In this document: positions 11,185-21,980 of the stretch, in pieces | Layout of the letters: every line of letters starts with the position of its first letter | Numbering within the stretch: position 1 is the stretch's first letter | From: Nemertoderma westbladi | Lineage: Eukaryota; Animalia; Xenacoelomorpha | Length of the DNA: 64,000 nt | Direction of reading: 5' to 3' | Assembly (NCBI GenBank): GCA_032718475.1 | Contig: JAUCBJ010008482.1 | Location: 1-64,000 of the forward strand | Notes under the pieces: model-generated | What the model was told of the DNA's origin: nothing | Seen by the model: only the letters and a program-made list of their open reading frames with translations | Database searches by the model: none | Position numbers and translations under genes: made by a program

Positions 11185-12792
11185 CTGCGCGAAGATCCCA
11201 CGAACGTGTATTTGTATGTCTACTTATACATTGCAATGTGTAACCGGTTGAAGTAACTACTGTAACCCAATTAAATATTTTCTAGTAATCTGCGATCAAC
11301 TTAAACTTAAAATAGAAACAGTAAAAAAAAAATGTTAATAATTATAGATTCAATCTCTAATTATTATTAGTCTGCGAACAAAAATATTATCGAAATTATT
11401 CGTTGGTTTATTTTAATTTTCCACCCAACTTGTCTGAGATCAATGAATTGATATGACTGATTCGGATGTGATTTAATAAAACGACTTTTCTAATCAAAAT
11501 AATGGAATTCATTGCACCTCGCGGCCCTAGGCTGTGTGTACGATGGCCAGGTGCATTAGGGTTGAAACTGCAACCCTTCTCAGAGAGTTAATACACTAAT
11601 CCAATCTTAGCAATTAGATTAATTTGCGGCGTTATTTGCAAAGCGGTTTGGTAGTCAGATCAGGGGAAGTCGCTGGTTAACCTTTAGGCCTATATAATCT
11701 GTAGGCGACCACAGCCACCTATCTGCAATGCATCAACGTCTGCATAGGTAAACTGACATTGCTTCACTACAGTTTCGGTCCTTGTTCTTTCATTATTATT
11801 CTGCAGAGGTAGTACAATATAAGGTTAAATATTTTCCTTTCACCATTAGTACCGCATCGGAAGCTGCTGTATAGCCCCTAATGGCTGGCCTGCCAACTGT
11901 CAGTGTTTTTATCTCCACACAATCCAAGCTGGGTGCTCAGAGCCGCATATACTGTACTGTATACTGGTTTGCTTGGCAATCACTATCACTTTCTACCAGT
12001 TGTGTATGCACTGCAGTGGATTGCTTGTGATCCAAGTCATTAAATTCCAGCTTCTCGCAGACGTGAATGTAATTAAGATTGCGGAATCCCAAGAGACTCC
12101 ATTATTCTATAATGAGTTTGTGTGTTTCTTCTGCAAAGGCCAATTTTTAACGAGTGCATAATCCTACCAACCCAATCGATAATAGCCAGCCCATAAAACA
12201 AATCCTTCCGCGGATTAATATTAATTAAAAATATGTCTATTTTTTTTTGTTTATAGCGTTGTTCATTTGTATCTTACAGTAGGCCTTGTGGGTACTACAG
12301 TACATACCTACTGTAGAAACTTGTCTACATTGTTTACATTGAATTCGACGAGAAATGGGTAGGTTTTCCGCGGACATATATATATTTTTGTAATATTGTG
12401 TATACTTTATCATCATAACATGATAACGTATTGCAATTATAAGTACGGGAGTATTCACGCAATTAAGTTAAACCCTCAAAAGTAGTGTCAAATTATCTCC
12501 GACGTGTAACATGAACTGTTCATTGAATTAGTCGTTGAGTTCATTATTACTCTCTATGACACTAGTGACTCATCCGTACTGTATGGTTGGTTACCCCTGA
12601 GGGGTGTTGACACCGCTTCGTTTTGGGTTGTTTGTAGAATGTAGAGAAGTGTGGTAGATTTTCTTGAAAAGTTCCCAAAATAGCAAATTTTATAAAAAGG
12701 GATTTGTTAAAATGTGGTATTGCCTGTGGGGATTTAAATCTAAATTTATCGACTCTACATAGCTCTATTAATTATAACTAATAAATTATAAC

Positions 12793-12993
12793 TAATAGAG
12801 CTGCCCAAAACGCACTAAGTAATCAAAGTGTTTGTTCGACTCACCTAGCCGCTTCCTTAACTTCACCTCGTCTATCTTGGCCCCTCCTTTAGCTTCTCTT
12901 AGTTGTTTCCGGGTCGCGTTGTAGGCCCGTCGGAGTCGGTTGCTGACCCCGACGTCCTCGTCGCCGAGGTGCCATAGTGCCATAGCTCTATTA
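12793..12993. mobile_element. Short MITE-like insert
   Basis: GC-rich 200-bp block bounded by inverted TAATAGAGCT / AGCTCTATTA. Confidence 0.45.
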
Positions 12994-13829
12994 CTGTATT
13001 AAATATTATACGCTGATGACGGTTCTGCTCTATGAAGGCCCCAGACATAATGCCATTTAGAAATCTGATATGCTCAATGATGTAAATTTCCTTCTAACGT
13101 CCTGAATTTATCCTCAAGATTAAGTTTAAAATAGGCCTACTTACCGCACTACCGGGCTGTAGTAACTATACACTCTGCGGCCTAAGGCCTACCATAAAGC
13201 CATGAGTAAGAAGAGTCCTGTTATTTATTTGTTTATGGCCTGCTGCCGCCTGCAGGCTGGCAGCCAGGCCACGACATTTCACTCAAACAGCCCAGTGATT
13301 CACCTTCTCAGATTTCATCAGAGTTTATCCCAGTTTTAACATCGTCTGTTTTTGTTTGCGGAGGTTGTTGGTTGTACGACCAATTATTTTCATTATTTTT
13401 TCCTTGTTTTTCTCCAAAATTGTTCATTGCCTTTTTTTCATATAATTTCAAAAGTGAAGCTTAATTATAATTAATTTCAATAAAATTATATCGTTCGTTA
13501 AAAGGCATCCATTTACTCGCACTTATGGACTCGATATTCCAAGAGTCCATATTAATTACGTTGAGTTAATTGCGTTGAGTTAATTACGTTGAGTGTACTA
13601 TTTAAAAGTGTATTTACAAACTGCAATCACACCGCATTTACGTTCACGTGTACCCATAGTGACAAGTACGTTGATACACTGAGTAGCAACGATAAGATTT
13701 TTTTCAAATAATTTATTAAAGTTTCTTAAAGCACACCTTTAGCTAAATTATACAATTGGAGAAATTGGGTTTCAAAGACTTCATCCGTATCACTCATGGT
13801 GTCAGACAGACTTAGGATAAAACAATGGT

Positions 13830-13992
13830 GTAATAACTATTTACATACTTGTGTGTAAAGTAGCACTTTACAGTGTGATGATCCGAGTGGCTTTGTTACA
13901 CGAACGAACGTTAGTGAGTGAGTGAATATAAAGCCACGAGGATCAGAACACTGTAAAGTACTTTGCAACAAGTATGTATGTAGTTTTATTCC
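13830..13992. repeat. Imperfect palindrome of about 160 bp resembling a Crypton-type terminal hairpin
   Basis: TACATACTTG..CTTTACAGTGT..GATCC..GTGGCTTT / AAAGCCAC..GGATC..ACACTGTAAAG..CAAGTATGTA arranged around a CGAACGAACGTTAGTGAGTGAGTG centre. Confidence 0.5.
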
Positions 13993-15355
13993 AAAATTTT
14001 AACATTACGAAATGATTGTACATATACATTATAAGTGATAGAAACTGCACAAATTATATTAGTTGCTGTATAAATAATTGTAAAAATGACATAAATTATG
14101 TTATAAATAAGTTAGCTTATATTTATGGTGGCGTTTGGAGCCATGTTAATCATGTTATAATAATATAGCTAGCTCCTACTGGTTATTAATAGCTATACCC
14201 CCCCTACCGGTAGGTAATACAGTAGGCCTATCTGGCTGCCAGGCAAATTTCCACCTATTGTTTACGTGGTATCCCCGTTACTTATTACATTATCGTTCCA
14301 CATTACTTAACGCCGTCATGGGTTACCACGTAAACAATTACACCAAATACAATACTAAATGTACAGGCCAATACAATTCTTTAATGTCCTCTAAAGTTGT
14401 AAAGTGCTAAATAACAACTCGCTGTTAATACTAACGGCGTTGAGTAATGTTACAATTTTGGAATAATAATTATTTTCTTGGCCCCTTCCTAGTGCTGCCC
14501 TACCACGTTCAAGTAGACTGTAAGTGTTGAGTGATGTGCAGATATTAGTCCTTACAAGTGTGCGACAAGCACAAGATATTAATATGCACCATTTTATATA
14601 TTATCTATCCTTGTTCACTCACTGCATTAATAATAGACAGCATATTTTATGGTTTGCGGGTACATCAACAAGTAAACTATAACATCAACTATAACTATAG
14701 GTTGCAAGTCGGCAAACTCCCCTCACAACCGAACCGGTAGGAATCATATCAACGACCTTCTAGAAATGTTATCTTCATTAGAGGACTGTTTCAACGTACA
14801 CTATACAGCTTCCGTTAAAATACTTTGGTATCCTTCGATTATATAAATACAGGTATGGCATAATACATGGAGAGAATATATATTAAAACATTCATCCACT
14901 CAGCTATTGCCAATTGTACAGTATTAATTATACTTGATCAAATATACCCACGGTTGTGGTACTGTGTTCTATATATTCAAAATAGCTAATGCCCTTTTGG
15001 AGCCTTATTTTTATTTCTCACAACCGTTTTTGCACCATTAACCTTAAACAGAGTTACTTAACACACCATTTCCGTATATTAAGAATTATAGAAGAAAAAT
15101 GGTTGTTTCAAGTTCTACACTTAACCAAAGATTCAAACGGTAACACTTCATCGTATAAAGTCGTGACGTAATCGCATTACTTCGAAACTGCACTGCCTGA
15201 CTTTCTGCAAAAGCCACAATTGATTCTGGGATACTGGGGAGTTTCAACCTGTCAGTAGTGACGATAATCAGGACTCAAAGGGGAGCTGATCTTCAGAACA
15301 AATTAACAGTAAATGGATCCAAAGGTGGCCAGTTTACTGCTCCCATTATAAATCT

Positions 15356-16541
15356 TGTACGCGCTTTTGAAGACCTTTAGCAGTTTAACCTGCCAAAATT
15401 TATATGTCTTTTGGTTTATAAATAGACTTTAGAAATTGACAAATATTTAATACCAATAAACACAACATTAGCAGAAGCCAGCCTAGTGCGCGTCCATTCA
15501 CCCGCTGGATATACCCGGGAGACTGGATTCTGAGGGCTTAGATTGTTATTGCAGTGTAAGCTTACTGTATTATTCGATTGATCGTTAATAAATAATTTCT
15601 GACCAATATTATTCACTTTCGGGAAATATTAACAGTTCTTTTAGGACGTGGCGCTCTATCTAGGTAAACAAAGCTATGACTTATACTAAACACAACGGTA
15701 AGTCGGTAAGGCTTATGATTCACGTATGAGGCGCATTCTTTAGGAAATGCTTAGTTATCAGTCACAATCATGCACACTACCGGTAACACACAATACTGCT
15801 CACTAATTTGAAGACCGTCAATGAATTTTATCATATATAAAGAGAACAGCAACTGACTCATGTAGTGCTTATCAAATAGCATTAAATTCACTACAAACCA
15901 CAATAATATAAGTCGCAATCGCTATATGTAACCTGTCTCTCTAACCTGTAGTGTATCAAGAAAATTGGGAAATTTGGGTTCTTTATAGATGTTCTCCAAA
16001 TAATATTCAACCAACTGATACAAAATAATAACAACAATAAAATAGCAGTATAATAATGTATGTTGAACCGATAATGTAAGACTGAACTGGACTGTTAAGA
16101 CTGATAACAGTTATACGCTCTATAATCTAAGCCTACTAATGTTTCTTCTAAAGTCTGAAACGAATTGACTCTAGAGCCGGTGTTCCTGGCCTAGATCGAA
16201 ACAACACAACAGTATCACAAAAAACAGTAAGACTGAACACTCCCAGCACGATCTGCCAAATATCTCCACATCGACAGAAAAAATCGTTCTGATTGGCTGT
16301 TAAGCTAAACAAAGAACCATGTGTCCAATGGCCGTTTCCATGTCAGCAACCAGCTGTTAGATGTCGTAATCTGAATCATCAAGGCTAAGCTGTGCCAGGG
16401 TATTTGACGCATTGCGGGTTTTTTGCCTTACCATGTCCGCCGAAGCACACATATAGAAGAATGACTTTTATGTCCGTTAAAACACCTATAACGGTACCTT
16501 GCGGGCGAGGGGGACTGATTATATCCGCAAAAGCTTTTACA
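15356..16541 (-). repeat. 3' LTR
   Basis: Direct repeat of 32312-33497 with about 7 substitutions seen by eye. Confidence 0.97.
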
Positions 16542-16551
16542 CCGCTCCCAG
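16542..16551 (-). promoter_or_regulatory. Polypurine tract-like plus-strand primer site
   Basis: Minus strand reads CTGGGAGCGG directly before TGTAAAAG; conserved exactly in the sister element at 278-287. Confidence 0.7.
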
Positions 16552-16567
16552 AAAATGGGATTCAAGT

Positions 16568-19009
16568 TTATAAATATACAAGGATTCTTTCATTGAACAA
16601 CATCTCGAGTACGGGCTGGGGTAACATCGATCCATCGATACCCATGGCCGGTTTGCGTTCGGTGTCAATGACGTAACGCTGCGCGAGTTCGAATTGTCTA
16701 TGTCGGAGATTCTTTTGTGTTTCGGTGAGAGTTTCAAAGGAATAATCAATCACGTCGGAACACGCTCGAGTAAACACGTGGGTAGAACCAGCTAATCCGC
16801 GTATGTGGATCATGCGCGTAGTTCCTAGTTCTCCGACCGGAACGCTACCTTCATTATCGTAGGTGACAACTCCATACATCTCAATAACATTAAGAGTTTC
16901 ATTCCACTCCTTGGTGGCATTCTCTAGGGTCATCCCCACTGGATGCCACAAGGTGGCGCATTGGTTAGCGTCAGGGAGATCACTATACTTCATGTGCCGA
17001 GTGGTATACGTCTCCACATTTCCATATCTTTGTATTTCCTCTTCTTCAAATAACACATCTAGATTCCAATGGACTAATCGAGTTTTAATAAATCCATCGA
17101 GATTATAAGGAGGTTCTATATCTTTCTCGATTCGAGAAATGTTATATGGTTTTCTAAATGAGTTTACCTTTACTAACTGATCCAGATGTTTCTGCAATTG
17201 TTCGAGTTCGACAATGTCTAGAGGATTTATTAGTGGTAGAAACTTTAAATTATGCGTCGGGTCTTCTGGTTTTACCATATAATATTGAGTCAGATTAACG
17301 TAATAAGGGTGGTCTTTAATCCCATAAAACGAGTTCTGTAAAGGTCTAGCGCGTATGTTGACATCGTGTACCATACGACGGACAAGATCCGCTCGATTGT
17401 CCGGAGGTTCAACGAGTATACCGTCAACACGAGCGGCCTCGATCGGCGGACGCTGTAACATAGGGGCGTCAGCGATAAGATTTTGCGATCCTGTACTGAT
17501 ATCAACCGGTTGAGGTTGTATCGTCGCGAAGAGTTTGTCTCCGAAATGTGGAATCATCGATGGATGACGGATGGTTTTAGAGTAGAGATCCGTCATAAGG
17601 ATTTGAGCTTCAGGTTGGGCTAAAGCGGCTTCTTCTCTCTCGTCCATTTTCGTGTGTTTCTCTTCGAGTAGATTTTCTTCCGCTTGTCTCTGTAAGCGTT
17701 CATCTAAAAATTCTTGTAGAGAATACGTGCGTCCAAGCTCGATGTCCTCCTCGAGGTTTTGGATTTCTCTATCGAACTGTGGCAAGGCTAACTCCTTCAC
17801 CGATTGGACTTGTTGTTGTAATTTACGTTTCTCTAAACAATCTTGTGTTCCCTTTCCGATCTTCTGTCGAATAGCGTCTAAAGCGTTTCTTATAACGCTC
17901 TCCTCGACTTCCGTAGCGGGTCGCATCGGGTTTAATCCTGGACGATTGTAAGGATCAAAGGGCGATATTAGCTGCCCGCGTCCCAATCCGGCTAAGTAGG
18001 ATGGGCGAATGTCTAACGAACCCACTACCGGAGCACCACCGATTAATTGTTCGGGTAACACTATGTCTTTGAACAGGGAATATAGTTCGGGAGGATCAGT
18101 GATACTGTTAGGATCAAGAGTTTGAGGTCTCACTAGGGAATGAGGAGGCCTGACCGAGTATTCCGGAACTCTGATCATGGGTTTATTCAGTGATCGTTTA
18201 AGACGAGCGATCGTAGGTGGTACGTCGAACAGGTTTCGCTCGAAACTCCCGTAAGTGTAACGCGTAAAGCTGTGTTTAGCGCAACGTCTCCGCGGATGTT
18301 TATGTCTTTCAGTTTGTTGGTTGGGTCTAGGGCATTCGTTGCAATAATACCAAAGACGTACGTCCTGCAGAGGAAATGCGGGTGATCGTTCTCCAGTTTT
18401 GCAATATTCTTCCATTTGTTCAAAACTATCCGGGATAACAGGTAGTGGACGATCGGCAGTAAGATACATCATAGTGAAATAGAGCCGTTTGAGTTCTACC
18501 ACAGGGTCGTGATGTATACCTTGAGGATATCGAGTCTCTAAGTTCTGCTGACTGGCGATGTTGAGATAGGTTTCTCTCAAAAATTCTAGGTATTCGTTGA
18601 AGTCAATGCGTTTATCCGGTTCTTCAACGTTTTCTCTTTCCAGTCTATTACGAATAGAATTTTCGTGATCTATTCTCGGTTTATCGTTACGACTCCGCTG
18701 GGTATGATATTTAAATAGAACCATTTCCCTCTCTGTATCTACATCGTCCGTATCATGTAAATCGATAGGATGGCCAGTAGTTAAGAAGTCCATATATGTA
18801 CCATTACGATTCGTATAGCGAGCGGTGAATTTTCGATAGTCCAATTCACGCGCAAGTTGCTCTTGGGACATCGGCGGTTCGATGTAATGACCATCGTCCT
18901 CCGTAATGGTTGGATCGGCTTCACCGCGTATTAAGCTATCCACAAATGCTTGTAAAGGTAGGGTATATCGCTCCCTAATACCAAGATCATCTTCTATCAA
19001 CTCCGTCAT
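16568..19009 (-). CDS. Unknown 813-aa accessory protein (ORF3) of the BEL/Pao element
   Basis: Intact 2.4-kb ORF on the same strand as gag-pol, ending 26 nt before the 3' LTR. No signal peptide or transmembrane segment. Has CNEC-x16-CAKH and an E/Q/K/L-rich coiled-coil-like middle. Confidence 0.85.
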   Translation of the reverse strand: MTELIEDDLGIRERYTLPLQAFVDSLIRGEADPTITEDDGHYIEPPMSQEQLARELDYRKFTARYTNRNGTYMDFLTTGHPIDLHDTDDVDTEREMVLFKYHTQRSRNDKPRIDHENSIRNRLERENVEEPDKRIDFNEYLEFLRETYLNIASQQNLETRYPQGIHHDPVVELKRLYFTMMYLTADRPLPVIPDSFEQMEEYCKTGERSPAFPLQDVRLWYYCNECPRPNQQTERHKHPRRRCAKHSFTRYTYGSFERNLFDVPPTIARLKRSLNKPMIRVPEYSVRPPHSLVRPQTLDPNSITDPPELYSLFKDIVLPEQLIGGAPVVGSLDIRPSYLAGLGRGQLISPFDPYNRPGLNPMRPATEVEESVIRNALDAIRQKIGKGTQDCLEKRKLQQQVQSVKELALPQFDREIQNLEEDIELGRTYSLQEFLDERLQRQAEENLLEEKHTKMDEREEAALAQPEAQILMTDLYSKTIRHPSMIPHFGDKLFATIQPQPVDISTGSQNLIADAPMLQRPPIEAARVDGILVEPPDNRADLVRRMVHDVNIRARPLQNSFYGIKDHPYYVNLTQYYMVKPEDPTHNLKFLPLINPLDIVELEQLQKHLDQLVKVNSFRKPYNISRIEKDIEPPYNLDGFIKTRLVHWNLDVLFEEEEIQRYGNVETYTTRHMKYSDLPDANQCATLWHPVGMTLENATKEWNETLNVIEMYGVVTYDNEGSVPVGELGTTRMIHIRGLAGSTHVFTRACSDVIDYSFETLTETQKNLRHRQFELAQRYVIDTERKPAMGIDGSMLPQPVLEMLFNERILVYL

Positions 19010-19195
19010 ATCTGCTATCTGAGTTTATTAATTATCAAATGAGTTTATGTTTAGGCTAGCGGGCGTCGCTGCCTACCTCTCTTTGCCCCCGGACAGTGGG
19101 ATTCTCAGCGCCGATGTACCGTCGTCGCGGTGTTTACGCCAACATGTAGCAACAGCACGACAACGATAACCGGCACAAGTCACTCCACTGTCCGT

Positions 19196-20538
19196 TAGGG
19201 TGGTCCTTATTTTGAAAGGTTGGAATTTAGCATCTCTGACCCCCTCAAATGTTTCCATTTCGTCAAAAAATACGACATGCGAAATTTTAAGCATGTACAT
19301 CAAATATTAGAGGTAGCTCATACACACTGAAGTTGAGTGCCTGCTCACCGATTGATCGCGCGCGAAGAATTTAATAGAGTTTGCTGTTATGAAGGCTTCT
19401 GTTGGTCATACAGAGTTAATTTTAGGCTTATTTGAACCGCAATCATCGATTTAGTGGGTGTAGATACCTTCAAAACAAGAGCTTAGCTAGTAGTTCTTGA
19501 GATATCACACAAAAGCTTAAGCCTGGCACACAACTCATCAATCGATCATTCAATTGATTACGCCAAGGGCATATTGAAATATTGGCATTAACATTTTGTA
19601 GGTCTACCTCCCTGCATCTTATTACAGTTAATCTCGATTTTAGCATTGTATAACAATTCAAAGCTATGTTTAGTAAAAAAAAATTCATCACAGCCCCATG
19701 GGAAATGCTTGCACAAGCATCACTAATTTGTGTCTAAGCGCCATTTGGTACGATATCAATAATTGGCCACAAAACTTAACTTTTGGTTAATTATATCTAG
19801 GAACTGTTCGTTTAATTTTATTTTGACTGATTTTAAGTGCAGAACCCAAAAATCGCATCTGATTTGTATTTTAAAATGATATGGTGCATGATATACAACA
19901 ATACTATACTGTACTTCAAAGCATTTTAAGATAAGGATTGATAGATGCAGAGATATGTGAATCCGGCGACCAAAAGGGTTCTAATATATATGGGAAGAAG
20001 CTTTGCACATATGTAATATACATAATTAGGCAATGCTGATTCCAAATCTAATTTCAGATTTGCCCTACCACATCAAGTTTTTTCACAATTGCCACTTTGA
20101 GTTCAAAAACTTATTGCAAACGACTGTGATGAGTGGCGTAGATTCAAATGAGAATCAAATATGCTCAAAATCAATCCAAAACATTGAATGGAGCTTTGTT
20201 TAAATGAATTATATATTTTTAAACAATGCTGATTCCAAATCTGCTTTCATATTTGCTATACTGCCATAGGATATCAAGTTTTTTTTACAATTACCAATTT
20301 AAGTTCAAATTACTTATCGCAAACAATTATTATGAGTGAAAGTAGATTCAATAAGAATAAAATACACCCCCAAATCAATCTACAACATATGCTATGGTAA
20401 ATCTGATAGCAGATTCACCATATAGATTTGTGCTCAAATTTTACTCAAGGTGTTTTTTTATCAGAAGAAAGGACTTGGGGGGGTCAGAGGAGAATTTCCA
20501 CAACTTTTAAATTTTACATTGAAATAAGGACCACCCTA
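19196..20538. mobile_element. Non-autonomous hAT-type DNA transposon nested in the retrotransposon
   Basis: TIRs TAGGGTGGTCCTTATTT / AAATAAGGACCACCCTA; 8-bp TSD CTGTCCGT (19188-19195, 20539-20546); no transposase ORF. Confidence 0.9.
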
Positions 20539-21980
20539 CTGTCCGTCCCAAAGGCTTGGATCCACTTGAGGTTCTTTCTATAGGAGAGTTGGGCTACTTT
20601 TGCAATTGCGACTAGCTACTGTAAACATACTTTAGCAGTAACATTCACCTATAAACACACAAATTCCACACAACTGTCACCAATTGTACACATACAGGCC
20701 ATTTGTCCGTTAGTCAGTGCCTTCCAGAATGTCACGTTATTACTGTGTATCCTTGGATACTAACAGTGTGCTATGTATTCTCTATGCTATGCAATGGGAC
20801 AAGCTTTCTATTGTTCTTTTAACTTGCTTCTAATTCTAGCGTGGGTGTTGCTATGGTGACATTATGGAATGCTAGTGGTAGAATTAGGGTAATTCTCATG
20901 CATACAGATCTGGAATGCTATTTAATAGTAATTCTTTAATTGTCAATATCCTCTTTATGCATGATTTTATTAATTTCATCGGCTATTGACTATATGTTGG
21001 AGATTCTCGCACTCTAATACACTCAATAGGATGAATCTCCGCTCCCTTGATCTATTAATTAATGGAATTTTGGGAATGTTATAAATTGTATAAAATGACA
21101 ATTTATTAAATTCATTTAAAATATGAATTTAAATTTATTCCCGTGAATTTTATTATTTGACGTTAAAATTGACACAATTTTATTCCAGAGCATGTCTGGG
21201 AACTGATGATCCTGAATTCTATAAAAATTGTCTTTTAAGAGTATCGGTAAGTGCTGCGATATCTTAATTGACTAGAAATTTTAAAGGATCTGAATTTTAC
21301 AGATTTTAATAAATATTAAATTAATATTTAAGATGGGCACCGATTTATTCCAGAACTTGTCTGGGGACGTTAACCACTGATTCTAGAATTTGTCTTTCAA
21401 GTATATCGGTAGGTGCCGCGATATCTTAATCGACTAGAATTACAGATGGTCAAAAGGTTTAACAGATTTATTTGCGTTTTACGCTACTGTTATAGGGACA
21501 TCACGCTACTATATGTATTATTTAATATAAGGTAGAAGAGCAATATCGCACGAAGCAATGTCAGTGTGAAGAGGCAAGTCGTTTCCAAGGTCTACCCAGA
21601 GCTTGGTTTAGCCGAGACACGAGGATCTGAACTTTGCATTCCTAATACTCTGCCTACCAATAATACTTGAGTATAGTAGTGGCTTTATTGTACTTTAATA
21701 AGTACGGACATTTGATCTTACTGTAGTCACGTATTTATAATATGATACAGACAGTAAGGAAAGAGAAAAATTATTTTTCGCCGTCATACTAAATATATAT
21801 TATATATGTAATTACGTAATAAACACTAATATATTGCACTAATCTACCAAATAATCTAAAATAACCTTCTACTAAATAAAATTGAATAAAAACGATTATA
21901 ATAAAGTACATAATAAAGTTCGCATATAAAATATAATAAAATAGATAAAACAATATAGTCATACACCCACTCCAGACGTA

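Noticed and set aside
12792-12983. Protein-like 63-aa ORF
   Set aside because: It coincides with a TIR-bounded MITE-like insert and has no recognisable motif.
15416-15616. Short ORFs within the LTRs (also 16392-16676, 32372-32572, 33348-33575)
   Set aside because: Short, with no recognisable motifs; they recur only because the LTR is duplicated.
16568-19009. Calling ORF3 an env gene because of its position
   Set aside because: No signal peptide, transmembrane anchor or Cys-rich ectodomain is visible.
21200-21225. CTGATGA hammerhead-like core
   Set aside because: No stem II and GAAA partner, and it is absent from the second repeat copy.
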